DNA of 64,000 bases from Escherichia coli (GTDB lineage Bacteria; Pseudomonadota; Gammaproteobacteria; Enterobacterales; Enterobacteriaceae): assembly GCF_003334385.1 (NCBI RefSeq), contig NZ_QOWN01000023.1; one strand, given 5' to 3'. Under the pieces are notes generated by a model. That model saw nothing but the letters and a program-made list of their open reading frames with translations, did no database searches and was not told where the DNA came from. Each line of letters begins with the position of its first letter. Positions within the stretch are counted from its first letter, which is position 1. This document shows positions 1-10,771 of this stretch, piece by piece. Both the position numbers and the translations under genes were made by a program.

Positions 1-179
1 CGCAGGATCTCCCGTCCTGTTTCGCTGATATCAAGACTGGCAATATCATCATCCACACCATTAAGCTCGCTGAAGGTTGCCATGGTGGCGGTCAACCCCG
101 GCTGAAAGAGCGTCAGCAAGATCTGGCAGCGGCGCTGGGGAGCCGAAAGGACAGATGGTGGAGCAAGCGTAGGCATCAT
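1..179 (-). CDS. csiE: Stationary-phase inducible protein CsiE, N-terminal part only; gene continues beyond window start
   Basis: Reverse-strand translation from ATGATG at 179..174 gives MMPTLAPPSVLSAPQRRCQILLTLFQPGLTATMATFSELNGVDDDIAS..., running off the window edge; lies downstream of yfhR as in E. coli K-12. Confidence 0.7.
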   Translation of the reverse strand, partial: MMPTLAPPSVLSAPQRRCQILLTLFQPGLTATMATFSELNGVDDDIASLDISETGREIL

Positions 180-263
180 CTGTAGATCTCCCATAAGCAT
201 AATTGATAAGAATAGCTAAAGTTTGCTCAAGGAAATGGCGAAGGGAATGCTAATCATCAGAAA

Positions 264-281
264 TGTTGGCAAGCGTCACAG
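264..281 (-). promoter_or_regulatory. Putative CRP-like half-palindrome upstream of csiE (TGTGAC-N6-CAACA on the reverse strand)
   Basis: Motif read in sequence; csiE is known to be cAMP-CRP and sigma-S dependent; right half-site is a weak match. Confidence 0.25.
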
Positions 282-369
282 AATTTTTCTCATCTTAAAC
301 TGTTCTGACCAGTGGATTAGCATGTCTTAAGGTGGTTTTGTGAATGATTATCGTGCTAGCGATCATGGG

Positions 370-1224
370 TTAGTTCTGCGGATTCAACGCGCTAAGGATA
401 AAGTCCACCATCTGTTCGCGATAAACATCGCCGTGACGATCGGAAAAAGCATCAATGTGTTCGCCATCCGGGATTAGGATCAACCGTTTTGGCTCTTTTG
501 CCAGGCTATACAACTTTTCGCTGTGCTGCCATGGGATAACGTGATCAGCTTTACCGTGAATGAGTAAAAGCGGGATCGGGCTGACGCTGGCGATATAATT
601 TTCGCCGCTGTAACTCTCATCAAGTAAGTAGCCACTGCCGGGGATCATCTGGTTGGCGATGGTTGCATAAGAGGCAAATGTGGAGTCGAGGATCACCGCA
701 CGTATGCCTTTACGATCACCCCGACCAATAACATCCAGAATATTCGCCCCGCCAATACTCTGCCCGAACAGCACCAGACGTTGTGGGTTTACATCACTGC
801 GATGGCGCACCACATTGATGGCACTTTGCGTATCGTCCAGCAATCCGGCCTGGGACGGCGTGCCTTTTGATTTACCAAACCCGCGATAATCAAACATAAA
901 AACGTTGAAATTACGCTCGGGTAACCAACTGACCAGCGGCCAGTGGGCGGACATATTTCCGGCATTGCCGTGAGCATGAATGATGGTTGCGATGGCGTTG
1001 TCAGCAGGGCCCGTCGAAGAAGGGATAAACCAGCCTTGCAGACGAGTACCGTCCTTAGCCGTAAATTCGACGGATTCCGCCGACCAGGGATCGGGACCGT
1101 AAATTTTATCGTCGGGATAATAGAAGAAGTTGATGGCAACGCGCGGCACTAAATAAACGCAGAAGGCAACAACAAAGAGAATAAACAGAATTTTGGGAAC
1201 GCGTTTGTTCACTGGCAGTGCCAT
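370..1224 (-). CDS. yfhR: Alpha/beta-hydrolase family protein YfhR
   Basis: ORF 370..1251 on minus strand; GQSIGG (GxSxG) nucleophile elbow; start chosen at internal ATG (MALPVNKR...) to give 284 aa; upstream ATG at 1251 is the alternative. Confidence 0.85.
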   Translation of the reverse strand: MALPVNKRVPKILFILFVVAFCVYLVPRVAINFFYYPDDKIYGPDPWSAESVEFTAKDGTRLQGWFIPSSTGPADNAIATIIHAHGNAGNMSAHWPLVSWLPERNFNVFMFDYRGFGKSKGTPSQAGLLDDTQSAINVVRHRSDVNPQRLVLFGQSIGGANILDVIGRGDRKGIRAVILDSTFASYATIANQMIPGSGYLLDESYSGENYIASVSPIPLLLIHGKADHVIPWQHSEKLYSLAKEPKRLILIPDGEHIDAFSDRHGDVYREQMVDFILSALNPQN

Positions 1225-1368
1225 AACCTTTCCTTGCGACTTCTTTATCATCCATTAATCGGGGAAAGATGGTGGGAGAGTGACGAAAGAAAGTAAAGCA
1301 GTGAGGAAGTATTTCGGAATAGCGCCTGAAAGGCGAGGGCGGGTGAGTGATATCACCCGCCTGAGTCA

Positions 1369-2172
1369 TTAACGCTTCAGAGCGTCGCTTAACTCGTCAC
1401 GCATGTTCGCCAGCATGGCTTTAACAACGCGCGGGTTACCAGCAACGATGTTACCGGTCAGCATGTAGTTATGACCACCGGTGAAGTCGCTGACGATGCC
1501 GCCCGCTTCACGAACCAGCAGCTCGCCTGCGGCGAAGTCCCACGGGCGCAGACCGATTTCAAAGAAACCGTCAACACGACCCGCAGCGACGTAAGCCAGA
1601 TCCAGCGCCGCAGAACCGGTACGACGGAAGTCTGCACATTCGTTGAACAGTTTGCCGACGATGTTGATGTAGGTAGTGGCGTACTGTTTTGCTTTGAACG
1701 GGAAGCCGGTCGCCAGAATAGTACCGTCGAGATCGCGAGCGGTGCTGCCGCGCAGTCGGTAGCCGTTCAGCTGTGCGCCCTGACCGCGAGTGGCGGTGAA
1801 CAGTTCGTTACGCATAGGATCGTATACCACAGCAACTTCGGTGCGGCCTTTGATACGAACAGCGATAGATACCGCGAAGTGCGGCAGACGTTTGATAAAG
1901 TTGGTAGTGCCATCCAGTGGATCGATAACCCATTGAACATCCTGATCAGTACCTTCAAGTTCACCGCTTTCTTCGGTGATGATGGTGTGCTGTGGGTAAG
2001 ATTTACGAATCGTGTCGATAATCACCGCTTCGGCAGCTTTATCTACGTTGGTCACGAAATCGTTACTGCCTTTCTGGCTCGCTTCTACAGCGTCCGGGGT
2101 TTCATAGTTTTTGGCAATTAAATTACCCGCCTTGCGCGCTGCGCGCACGGCGATGTTCAGCATCGGATGCAT
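1369..2172 (-). CDS. suhB: Inositol monophosphatase SuhB
   Basis: 267-aa ORF with IMPase motifs (WVIDPLDGT, EESG); diverges from trmJ as in E. coli. Confidence 0.95.
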   Translation of the reverse strand: MHPMLNIAVRAARKAGNLIAKNYETPDAVEASQKGSNDFVTNVDKAAEAVIIDTIRKSYPQHTIITEESGELEGTDQDVQWVIDPLDGTTNFIKRLPHFAVSIAVRIKGRTEVAVVYDPMRNELFTATRGQGAQLNGYRLRGSTARDLDGTILATGFPFKAKQYATTYINIVGKLFNECADFRRTGSAALDLAYVAAGRVDGFFEIGLRPWDFAAGELLVREAGGIVSDFTGGHNYMLTGNIVAGNPRVVKAMLANMRDELSDALKR

Positions 2173-2290
2173 CGGTCTCTCTCACTGGATGTTAAAGAAC
2201 GGGAAAACGGCGCAGAGTATAGCAGCGAGATCGGCATCTGTCTTCGTTTTATGATAAGATGCGTGAATAATCTTTAGATGAAGAAAGACA

Positions 2291-3031
2291 ATGCTGCAAA
2301 ATATTCGAATTGTGCTGGTGGAGACGTCACACACCGGCAATATGGGTTCTGTTGCCCGTGCCATGAAAACAATGGGATTAACCAATCTGTGGCTGGTTAA
2401 TCCACTGGTGAAACCCGACTCCCAGGCGATTGCCCTGGCAGCAGGGGCCAGCGATGTGATTGGTAATGCTCACATCGTCGATACGCTCGACGAAGCGTTA
2501 GCCGGTTGTAGCCTGGTGGTGGGCACCAGCGCACGTTCCCGCACGCTGCCATGGCCGATGCTCGACCCGCGCGAATGCGGCCTGAAAAGCGTCGCTGAAG
2601 CGGCAAATACCCCGGTGGCGCTGGTGTTTGGTCGCGAGCGCGTCGGCTTGACCAATGAAGAGTTGCAGAAATGCCATTATCATGTCGCGATTGCGGCTAA
2701 CCCGGAATACAGCTCGCTGAACCTGGCGATGGCGGTTCAGGTTATTGCCTATGAAGTGCGCATGGCCTGGCTGGCAACTCAGGAAAACGGCGAGCAGGTC
2801 GAGCATGAAGAGACGCCGTATCCGCTGGTCGATGATCTGGAGCGTTTTTATGGTCATCTGGAACAAACGCTGCTGGCAACCGGTTTTATCCGTGAAAACC
2901 ATCCGGGGCAGGTGATGAATAAATTGCGCCGTCTGTTTACCCGTGCGCGCCCGGAAAGCCAGGAGTTGAATATCCTGCGCGGGATTCTGGCTTCTATTGA
3001 GCAGCAGAATAAAGGTAACAAGGCCGAATAA
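2291..3031 (+). CDS. trmJ: tRNA (cytidine/uridine-2'-O)-methyltransferase TrmJ (SpoU family)
   Basis: 246-aa ORF; SpoU/TrmH-type fold signature; position upstream of iscR. Confidence 0.92.
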
Positions 3032-3032
3032 C

Positions 3033-3396
<364 letters not shown>

Positions 3397-3463
3397 AACA
3401 GGTACAAACGCCACGATAAAAAAATGGCACTGAAGGTTAAATACCCGACTAAATCAGTCAAGT

Positions 3464-3535
3464 AAATAGTTGACCAATTTACTCGGGAATGTCAGACTTG
3501 ACCCTGCTATGCAATACCCCCACTTTTACAATAAA
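3464..3535 (+). promoter_or_regulatory. iscR promoter region with IscR type-1 operator-like sites
   Basis: ATAGTTGACCAATTTACTCGGGAAT followed by a second TTGACC-containing block and TACAAT (-10-like) just upstream of iscR; matches remembered IscR autoregulatory sites. Confidence 0.55.
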
Positions 3536-3573
3536 AAACCCCGGGCAGGGGCGAGTTTGAGGTGAAGTAAGAC

Positions 3574-4062
3574 ATGAGACTGACATCTAAAGGGCGCTAT
3601 GCCGTGACCGCAATGCTTGACGTTGCGCTCAACTCTGAAGCGGGCCCGGTACCGTTGGCTGATATTTCCGAACGTCAGGGAATTTCCCTTTCTTATCTGG
3701 AACAACTGTTTTCCCGTCTGCGTAAAAATGGTCTGGTTTCCAGCGTACGTGGACCAGGCGGTGGTTATCTGTTAGGCAAAGATGCCAGCAGCATCGCCGT
3801 TGGCGAAGTAATTAGCGCCGTTGACGAATCTGTAGATGCCACCCGTTGTCAGGGTAAAGGCGGCTGCCAGGGCGGCGATAAATGCCTGACCCACGCGCTG
3901 TGGCGTGATTTGAGCGACCGTCTCACCGGTTTTCTCAACAACATTACTTTAGGCGAACTGGTTAATAACCAGGAAGTGCTGGATGTGTCTGGTCGTCAGC
4001 ATACTCACGACGCGCCACGCACCCGCACACAAGACGCGATCGACGTTAAGTTACGCGCTTAA
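3574..4062 (+). CDS. iscR: Fe-S cluster regulator IscR (Rrf2 family)
   Basis: 162-aa ORF; N-terminal HTH; cluster-ligand cysteines in [13 protein letters not shown]. Confidence 0.97.
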
Positions 4063-4074
4063 TAAAAAGAATTC

Positions 4075-4136
4075 AGAATCAGGCCGGAGTGCTAAATACT
4101 CCGTAAACACGGTCGTACATCCAGCCGGTAGCCTGA
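4075..4136 (+). other. Structured iscR-iscS intergenic RNA element (long-range dyad AATCAGGCCGG ... CCGGTAGCCTGATT with nested hairpins)
   Basis: Dyad symmetry read directly; consistent with the intergenic structure reported to stabilise the iscR fragment after RyhB-dependent cleavage of the isc mRNA. Confidence 0.45.
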
Positions 4137-4173
4137 TTCCTTGCATTGAGTGATGTACGGAGTTTATAGAGCA

Positions 4174-5388
4174 ATGAAATTACCGATTTATCTCGACTAC
4201 TCCGCAACCACGCCGGTGGACCCGCGTGTTGCCGAGAAAATGATGCAGTTTATGACGATGGACGGAACCTTTGGTAACCCGGCCTCCCGTTCTCACCGTT
4301 TCGGCTGGCAGGCTGAAGAAGCGGTAGATATCGCCCGTAATCAGATTGCCGATCTGGTCGGCGCTGATCCGCGTGAAATCGTCTTTACCTCTGGTGCAAC
4401 CGAATCTGACAACCTGGCGATCAAAGGTGCAGCCAACTTTTATCAGAAAAAAGGCAAGCACATCATCACCAGCAAAACCGAACACAAAGCGGTACTGGAT
4501 ACCTGCCGTCAGCTGGAGCGCGAAGGTTTTGAAGTCACCTACCTGGCACCGCAGCGTAACGGCATTATCGACCTGAAAGAACTTGAAGCAGCGATGCGTG
4601 ACGACACCATCCTCGTGTCCATCATGCACGTAAATAACGAAATCGGCGTGGTGCAGGATATCGCGGCTATCGGCGAAATGTGCCGTGCTCGTGGCATTAT
4701 CTATCACGTTGATGCAACCCAGAGCGTGGGTAAACTGCCTATCGACCTGAGCCAGTTGAAAGTTGACCTGATGTCTTTCTCCGGTCACAAAATCTATGGC
4801 CCGAAAGGTATCGGTGCGCTGTATGTACGTCGTAAACCGCGCGTACGCATCGAAGCGCAAATGCACGGCGGCGGTCACGAGCGCGGTATGCGTTCCGGCA
4901 CTCTGCCTGTTCACCAGATCGTCGGAATGGGCGAGGCCTATCGCATCGCAAAAGAAGAGATGGCGACCGAGATGGAACGTCTGCGCGGCCTGCGTAACCG
5001 TCTGTGGAACGGCATCAAAGATATCGAAGAAGTTTACCTGAACGGTGACCTGGAACACGGTGCGCCGAACATTCTCAACGTCAGCTTCAACTACGTTGAA
5101 GGTGAGTCGCTGATTATGGCGCTGAAAGACCTCGCAGTTTCTTCAGGTTCCGCCTGTACGTCAGCAAGCCTCGAACCGTCCTACGTGCTGCGCGCGCTGG
5201 GGCTGAACGACGAGCTGGCACATAGCTCTATCCGTTTCTCTTTAGGTCGTTTTACTACTGAAGAAGAGATCGACTACACCATCGAGTTAGTTCGTAAATC
5301 CATCGGTCGTCTGCGTGACCTTTCTCCGCTGTGGGAAATGTACAAGCAGGGCGTGGATCTGAACAGCATCGAATGGGCTCATCATTAA
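4174..5388 (+). CDS. iscS: Cysteine desulfurase IscS (PLP-dependent)
   Basis: ORF 4150..5388; start at ATG 4174 ([13 protein letters not shown]) for 404 aa; PLP-lysine motif SFSGHK; active-site Cys in [10 protein letters not shown]. Confidence 0.97.
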
Positions 5389-5415
5389 TCGGTATCGGAA
5401 TCAGGAGAATTTATA

Positions 5416-5802
5416 ATGGCTTACAGCGAAAAAGTTATCGACCATTACGAGAATCCGCGTAACGTGGGTTCCTTTGACAACAACGACGAGAACGTCGGCA
5501 GCGGCATGGTGGGGGCACCGGCCTGTGGCGACGTGATGAAGTTGCAGATTAAAGTCAACGATGAAGGTATCATTGAAGACGCGCGTTTTAAAACTTACGG
5601 CTGCGGTTCCGCTATCGCTTCCAGCTCCCTGGTCACCGAATGGGTGAAAGGGAAGTCTCTCGACGAAGCGCAGGCGATCAAAAACACCGATATTGCTGAA
5701 GAACTTGAACTGCCGCCGGTGAAAATTCACTGTTCTATTCTGGCAGAAGACGCGATCAAAGCCGCCATTGCGGACTATAAAAGCAAACGTGAAGCAAAAT
5801 AA
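5416..5802 (+). CDS. iscU: Fe-S cluster scaffold IscU
   Basis: 128 aa; conserved Cys ligands (CGDVMKL, GCGSA) and LPPVK HscA-binding motif. Confidence 0.97.
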   Translation: MAYSEKVIDHYENPRNVGSFDNNDENVGSGMVGAPACGDVMKLQIKVNDEGIIEDARFKTYGCGSAIASSSLVTEWVKGKSLDEAQAIKNTDIAEELELPPVKIHCSILAEDAIKAAIADYKSKREAK

Positions 5803-5818
5803 GAGTTGAGGTTTGGTT

Positions 5819-6142
5819 ATGTCGATTACACTGAGCGACAGTGCAGCAGCGCGAGTAAATACCTTTCTGGCTAACCGCGGTAAAGGGTTTGGCCTGCGTC
5901 TGGGCGTGAGAACCTCCGGGTGTTCAGGTATGGCTTATGTACTGGAATTTGTTGACGAACCGACGCCGGAAGACATCGTGTTTGAAGACAAAGGCGTGAA
6001 AGTCGTGGTCGATGGCAAGAGCCTGCAATTTCTGGACGGTACGCAGCTGGACTTCGTAAAAGAAGGCCTGAACGAAGGGTTTAAATTCACCAACCCGAAC
6101 GTCAAAGATGAGTGTGGTTGCGGCGAAAGCTTCCACGTTTGA
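5819..6142 (+). CDS. iscA: Fe-S cluster insertion / A-type carrier protein IscA
   Basis: 107 aa from ATG 5819 ([10 protein letters not shown]); C-terminal CGCGESF motif. Confidence 0.95.
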   Translation: MSITLSDSAAARVNTFLANRGKGFGLRLGVRTSGCSGMAYVLEFVDEPTPEDIVFEDKGVKVVVDGKSLQFLDGTQLDFVKEGLNEGFKFTNPNVKDECGCGESFHV

Positions 6143-6155
6143 TGCGCATACCGAT

Positions 6156-6193
6156 AACCCCACCGTGGTCGCCTGCGCGTGGGGTTTGTTTTA
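6156..6193 (+). terminator. Hairpin plus U-tract between iscA and hscB (possible intra-operon attenuator)
   Basis: CCCCAC ... GTGGGG stem followed by TTTGTTTT. Confidence 0.35.
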
Positions 6194-6237
6194 CCTGATT
6201 CGCCGTTATCGCGGCGGATCGCAGCCCTGAGAATGTT

Positions 6238-6753
6238 ATGGATTACTTCACCCTCTTTGGCTTGCCTGCCCGCTATCAACTCGATACCCAGGCGCTGAGC
6301 CTGCGTTTTCAGGATCTACAACGTCAGTATCATCCTGATAAATTCGCCAGCGGAAGCCAGGCGGAACAACTCGCCGCCGTACAGCAATCTGCAACCATTA
6401 ACCAGGCCTGGCAAACGCTGCGTCATCCGTTAATGCGCGCGGAATATTTGCTTTCTTTGCACGGCTTTGATCTCGCCAGCGAGCAGCATACTGTGCGCGA
6501 CACCGCGTTCCTGATGGAACAGTTGGAGCTGCGCGAAGAGCTGGACGAGATCGAACAGGCGAAAGATGAAGCGCGGCTGGAAAGCTTTATCAAACGTGTG
6601 AAAAAGATGTTTGATACCCGCCATCAGTTGATGGTTGAACAGTTAGACAACGAGACGTGGGACGCGGCGGCGGATACCGTGCGTAAGCTGCGTTTTCTCG
6701 ATAAACTGCGAAGCAGTGCCGAACAACTCGAAGAAAAACTGCTCGATTTTTAA
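6238..6753 (+). CDS. hscB: Co-chaperone HscB (J-domain protein, Hsc20)
   Basis: 171 aa; J-domain HPD motif (YHPDKF). Confidence 0.95.
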
Positions 6754-6769
6754 TTTCTGGAAGCTAAAC

Positions 6770-8620
6770 ATGGCCTTATTACAAATTAGTGAACCTGGTT
6801 TGAGTGCTGCGCCGCATCAGCGTCGTCTGGCGGCCGGTATTGACCTGGGCACAACCAACTCGCTGGTGGCGACAGTGCGCAGCGGTCAGGCCGAAACGTT
6901 AGCCGATCATGAAGGCCGTCACCTGCTGCCATCTGTTGTTCACTATCAACAGCAAGGGCATTCGGTGGGTTATGACGCGCGTACTAATGCAGCGCTCGAT
7001 ACCGCCAACACAATTAGTTCTGTTAAACGCCTGATGGGACGCTCGCTGGCTGATATCCAGCAACGCTATCCGCATCTGCCTTATCAATTCCAGGCCAGCG
7101 AAAACGGCCTGCCGATGATTGAAACGGCGGCGGGGCTGCTGAACCCGGTGCGCGTTTCTGCGGACATCCTCAAAGCACTGGCGGCGCGGGCAACTGAAGC
7201 CCTGGCAGGCGAGCTGGATGGTGTAGTTATCACCGTTCCGGCGTACTTTGACGATGCCCAGCGTCAGGGCACCAAAGACGCGGCGCGTCTGGCGGGCCTT
7301 CACGTCCTGCGCTTACTTAACGAACCGACCGCTGCGGCTATCGCCTACGGGCTGGATTCCGGTCAGGAAGGCGTGATCGCCGTTTATGACCTCGGTGGCG
7401 GGACGTTTGATATTTCCATTCTGCGCTTAAGTCGCGGCGTGTTTGAAGTGCTGGCAACCGGCGGTGATTCCGCGCTCGGCGGCGATGATTTCGACCATCT
7501 GCTGGCGGATTACATTCGCGAGCAGGCGGGCATTCCTGATCGTAGCGATAACCGCGTTCAGCGTGAACTGCTGGATGCCGCCATTGCAGCCAAAATCGCG
7601 CTGAGCGATGCGGACTCCGTGACCGTTAACGTTGCGGGCTGGCAGGGCGAAATCAGCCGTGAACAATTCAATGAACTGATCGCGCCACTGGTAAAACGAA
7701 CCTTACTGGCTTGTCGTCGCGCGCTGAAAGACGCGGGTGTAGAAGCTGATGAAGTGCTGGAAGTGGTGATGGTGGGCGGTTCTACTCGCGTGCCGCTGGT
7801 GCGTGAACGGGTAGGCGAATTTTTCGGTCGTCCACCGCTGACTTCCATCGACCCGGATAAAGTCGTCGCTATTGGCGCGGCGATTCAGGCGGATATTCTG
7901 GTGGGTAACAAGCCAGACAGCGAAATGCTGTTGCTTGATGTGATCCCACTGTCGCTGGGCCTCGAAACGATGGGCGGCCTGGTGGAGAAAGTGATTCCGC
8001 GTAATACCACTATTCCGGTGGCCCGCGCTCAGGATTTCACCACCTTTAAAGATGGTCAGACGGCGATGTCTATCCATGTAATGCAGGGTGAGCGCGAACT
8101 GGTGCAGGACTGCCGCTCACTGGCGCGTTTTGCGCTGCGTGGTATTCCGGCGCTACCGGCTGGCGGTGCGCATATTCGCGTGACGTTCCAGGTCGATGCC
8201 GACGGTCTTTTGAGCGTGACGGCGATGGAGAAATCCACCGGCGTTGAGGCGTCTATTCAGGTCAAACCGTCTTACGGTCTGACCGATAGCGAAATCGCTT
8301 CGATGATCAAAGACTCAATGAGCTATGCCGAGCAGGACGTAAAAGCCCGAATGCTGGCAGAACAAAAAGTAGAAGCGGCGCGTGTGCTGGAAAGTCTGCA
8401 CGGCGCGCTGGCTGCTGATGCCGCGCTGTTAAGCGCCGCAGAACGTCAGGTCATTGACGATGCTGCCGCTCACCTGAGTGAAGTGGCGCAGGGCGATGAT
8501 GTTGACGCCATCGAACAAGCGATTAAAAACGTAGACAAACAAACCCAGGATTTCGCCGCTCGCCGCATGGACCAGTCGGTTCGTCGTGCGCTGAAAGGCC
8601 ATTCCGTGGACGAGGTTTAA
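6770..8620 (+). CDS. hscA: Hsp70-type chaperone HscA (Hsc66)
   Basis: ORF 6716..8620; start at ATG 6770 ([10 protein letters not shown]) for 616 aa; Hsp70 signature IDLGTTNS. Confidence 0.95.
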
Positions 8621-8621
8621 T

Positions 8622-8957
8622 ATGCCAAAGATTGTTATTTTGCCTCATCAGGATCTCTGCCCTGATGGCGCTGTTCTGGAAGCTAATAGCGGTGAAACCA
8701 TTCTCGACGCAGCTCTGCGTAACGGTATCGAGATTGAACACGCCTGTGAAAAATCCTGTGCTTGCACCACCTGCCACTGCATCGTTCGTGAAGGTTTTGA
8801 CTCACTGCCGGAAAGCTCAGAGCAGGAAGACGACATGCTGGACAAAGCCTGGGGACTGGAGCCGGAAAGCCGTTTAAGCTGCCAGGCGCGCGTTACCGAC
8901 GAAGATTTAGTAGTCGAAATCCCGCGTTACACTATCAACCATGCGCGTGAGCATTAA
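8622..8957 (+). CDS. fdx: [2Fe-2S] ferredoxin Fdx
   Basis: 111 aa; cysteine cluster [12 protein letters not shown]. Confidence 0.95.
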
Positions 8958-8968
8958 CAGAGGTTAGT

Positions 8969-9169
8969 ATGGGACTTAAGTGGACCGATAGCCGCGAAAT
9001 TGGCGAAGCACTGTACGATGCGTATCCCGATCTTGATCCGAAAACGGTTCGATTCACCGATATGCATCAGTGGATTTGCGATCTGGAAGATTTCGACGAC
9101 GACCCGCAGGCATCCAACGAGAAAATCCTCGAAGCGATTTTGTTAGTCTGGCTGGACGAGGCCGAATAA
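8969..9169 (+). CDS. iscX: Fe-S assembly protein IscX (YfhJ)
   Basis: 66-aa acidic protein directly downstream of fdx. Confidence 0.92.
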
Positions 9170-9171
9170 TT

Positions 9172-9300
9172 TCCGCGTCATGCTTCACGCCGCAGATGCG
9201 TTGGCTGCGCTCGTTCACCCCAGTCACATAGTTATCTATGCTCCTGGGGCTTCACTCACTTGCCGCCTTCCTGCAACGCGAATCATTTAGCGGAAAAATC
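9172..9300. repeat. ERIC/IRU-like enterobacterial repetitive intergenic element
   Basis: Contains CTATGCTCCTGGGGCTTCACTCAC and, on the reverse strand, ATGTGACTGGGGTGAACGAGCGCAG, which match my memory of the ERIC1R/ERIC2 core consensus; boundaries approximate. Confidence 0.65.
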
Positions 9301-9346
9301 CTGGGGCTGCCAACTGGCGGCCCTTTTACAAAGAAGGATAACTAAA

Positions 9347-10630
9347 ATGACAGAAGCGATGAAGATTACCCTCTCTACCCAACCTGCCGACGCGCGCTGG
9401 GGAGAAAAAGCAACTTACAGCATTAATAATGACGGCATTACCCTGCATTTGAACGGGGCAGACGATCTGGGGCTGATCCAGCGTGCGGCGCGCAAGATTG
9501 ACGGTCTGGGCATCAAGCATGTTCAGTTAAGCGGTGAAGGCTGGGATGCGGATCGCTGCTGGGCATTCTGGCAAGGTTACAAAGCCCCGAAAGGCACGCG
9601 TAAAGTGGTGTGGCCGGATCTGGACGATGCCCAGCGCCAGGAACTGGATAACCGCCTGATGATCATCGACTGGGTGCGTGACACCATCAACGCACCGGCA
9701 GAAGAATTGGGACCATCGCAACTGGCACAGCGTGCTGTTGATCTGATCAGCAACGTCGCGGGCGATCGTGTGACTTATCGGATCACCAAAGGCGAAGATC
9801 TGCGTGAGCAAGGTTATATGGGGCTGCACACAGTCGGACGCGGTTCAGAACGTTCTCCGGTATTGCTGGCGCTGGATTACAACCCAACTGGCGATAAAGA
9901 AGCGCCAGTGTACGCGTGCCTGGTAGGTAAAGGTATCACTTTTGACTCCGGCGGCTACAGCATCAAACAGACTGCGTTTATGGACTCGATGAAGTCGGAC
10001 ATGGGCGGCGCGGCAACGGTTACCGGGGCGCTGGCATTTGCCATTACGCGCGGACTGAACAAGCGCGTGAAGCTGTTCCTCTGCTGTGCGGATAACCTGA
10101 TTAGCGGCAATGCGTTCAAGCTGGGCGATATCATCACCTATCGCAACGGTAAAAAAGTTGAAGTGATGAACACTGATGCCGAAGGGCGTCTGGTGCTTGC
10201 CGATGGTCTGATTGATGCCAGTGCGCAGAAACCGGAAATGATCATTGATGCGGCGACCCTCACCGGGGCGGCGAAAACTGCGCTGGGTAATGATTATCAC
10301 GCGCTGTTCAGTTTTGACGATGCGCTGGCCGGTCGCTTGCTGGCGAGTGCCGCGCAGGAGAACGAACCGTTCTGGCGTCTGCCGCTGGCGGAGTTCCACC
10401 GCAGCCAGCTGCCGTCTAACTTTGCCGAACTGAACAATACCGGAAGCGCGGCGTATCCGGCAGGCGCGAGCACGGCGGCGGGCTTCCTGTCGCACTTTGT
10501 TGAGAACTATCAGCAAGGCTGGCTGCATATCGACTGCTCGGCGACTTACCGTAAAGCGCCGGTTGAACAGTGGTCTGCGGGCGCTACGGGACTTGGTGTG
10601 CGCACGATAGCTAATCTGTTAACGGCGTAA
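9347..10630 (+). CDS. pepB: Peptidase B (M17 leucyl aminopeptidase family)
   Basis: ORF 9260..10630; start at ATG 9347 ([10 protein letters not shown]) for 427 aa; M17 motif NTDAEGRL. Confidence 0.93.
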
Positions 10631-10638
10631 ACTAATAT

Positions 10639-10736
<98 letters not shown>

Positions 10737-10771
10737 TTTGCGCCCCGAACGTTGAATGAATTGTGGTTCTT

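Noticed and set aside
1337-1366. Hairpin GGCGGGTGA-GTGATA-TCACCCGCC downstream of suhB
   Set aside because: Lacks a U-tract on the minus strand; it sits in the suhB-yfhR spacer and may be structural only
4180-5058. 292-aa ORF antisense to iscS, representative of many long antisense ORFs (e.g. 1471..2121, 9845..10528, 15479..16570, 20778..21305, 31638..33053, 33167..34630, 55788..56372, 62494..63069)
   Set aside because: Each lies entirely within, and antisense to, a strongly supported conserved gene; long antisense ORFs are expected in GC-rich, codon-biased coding DNA
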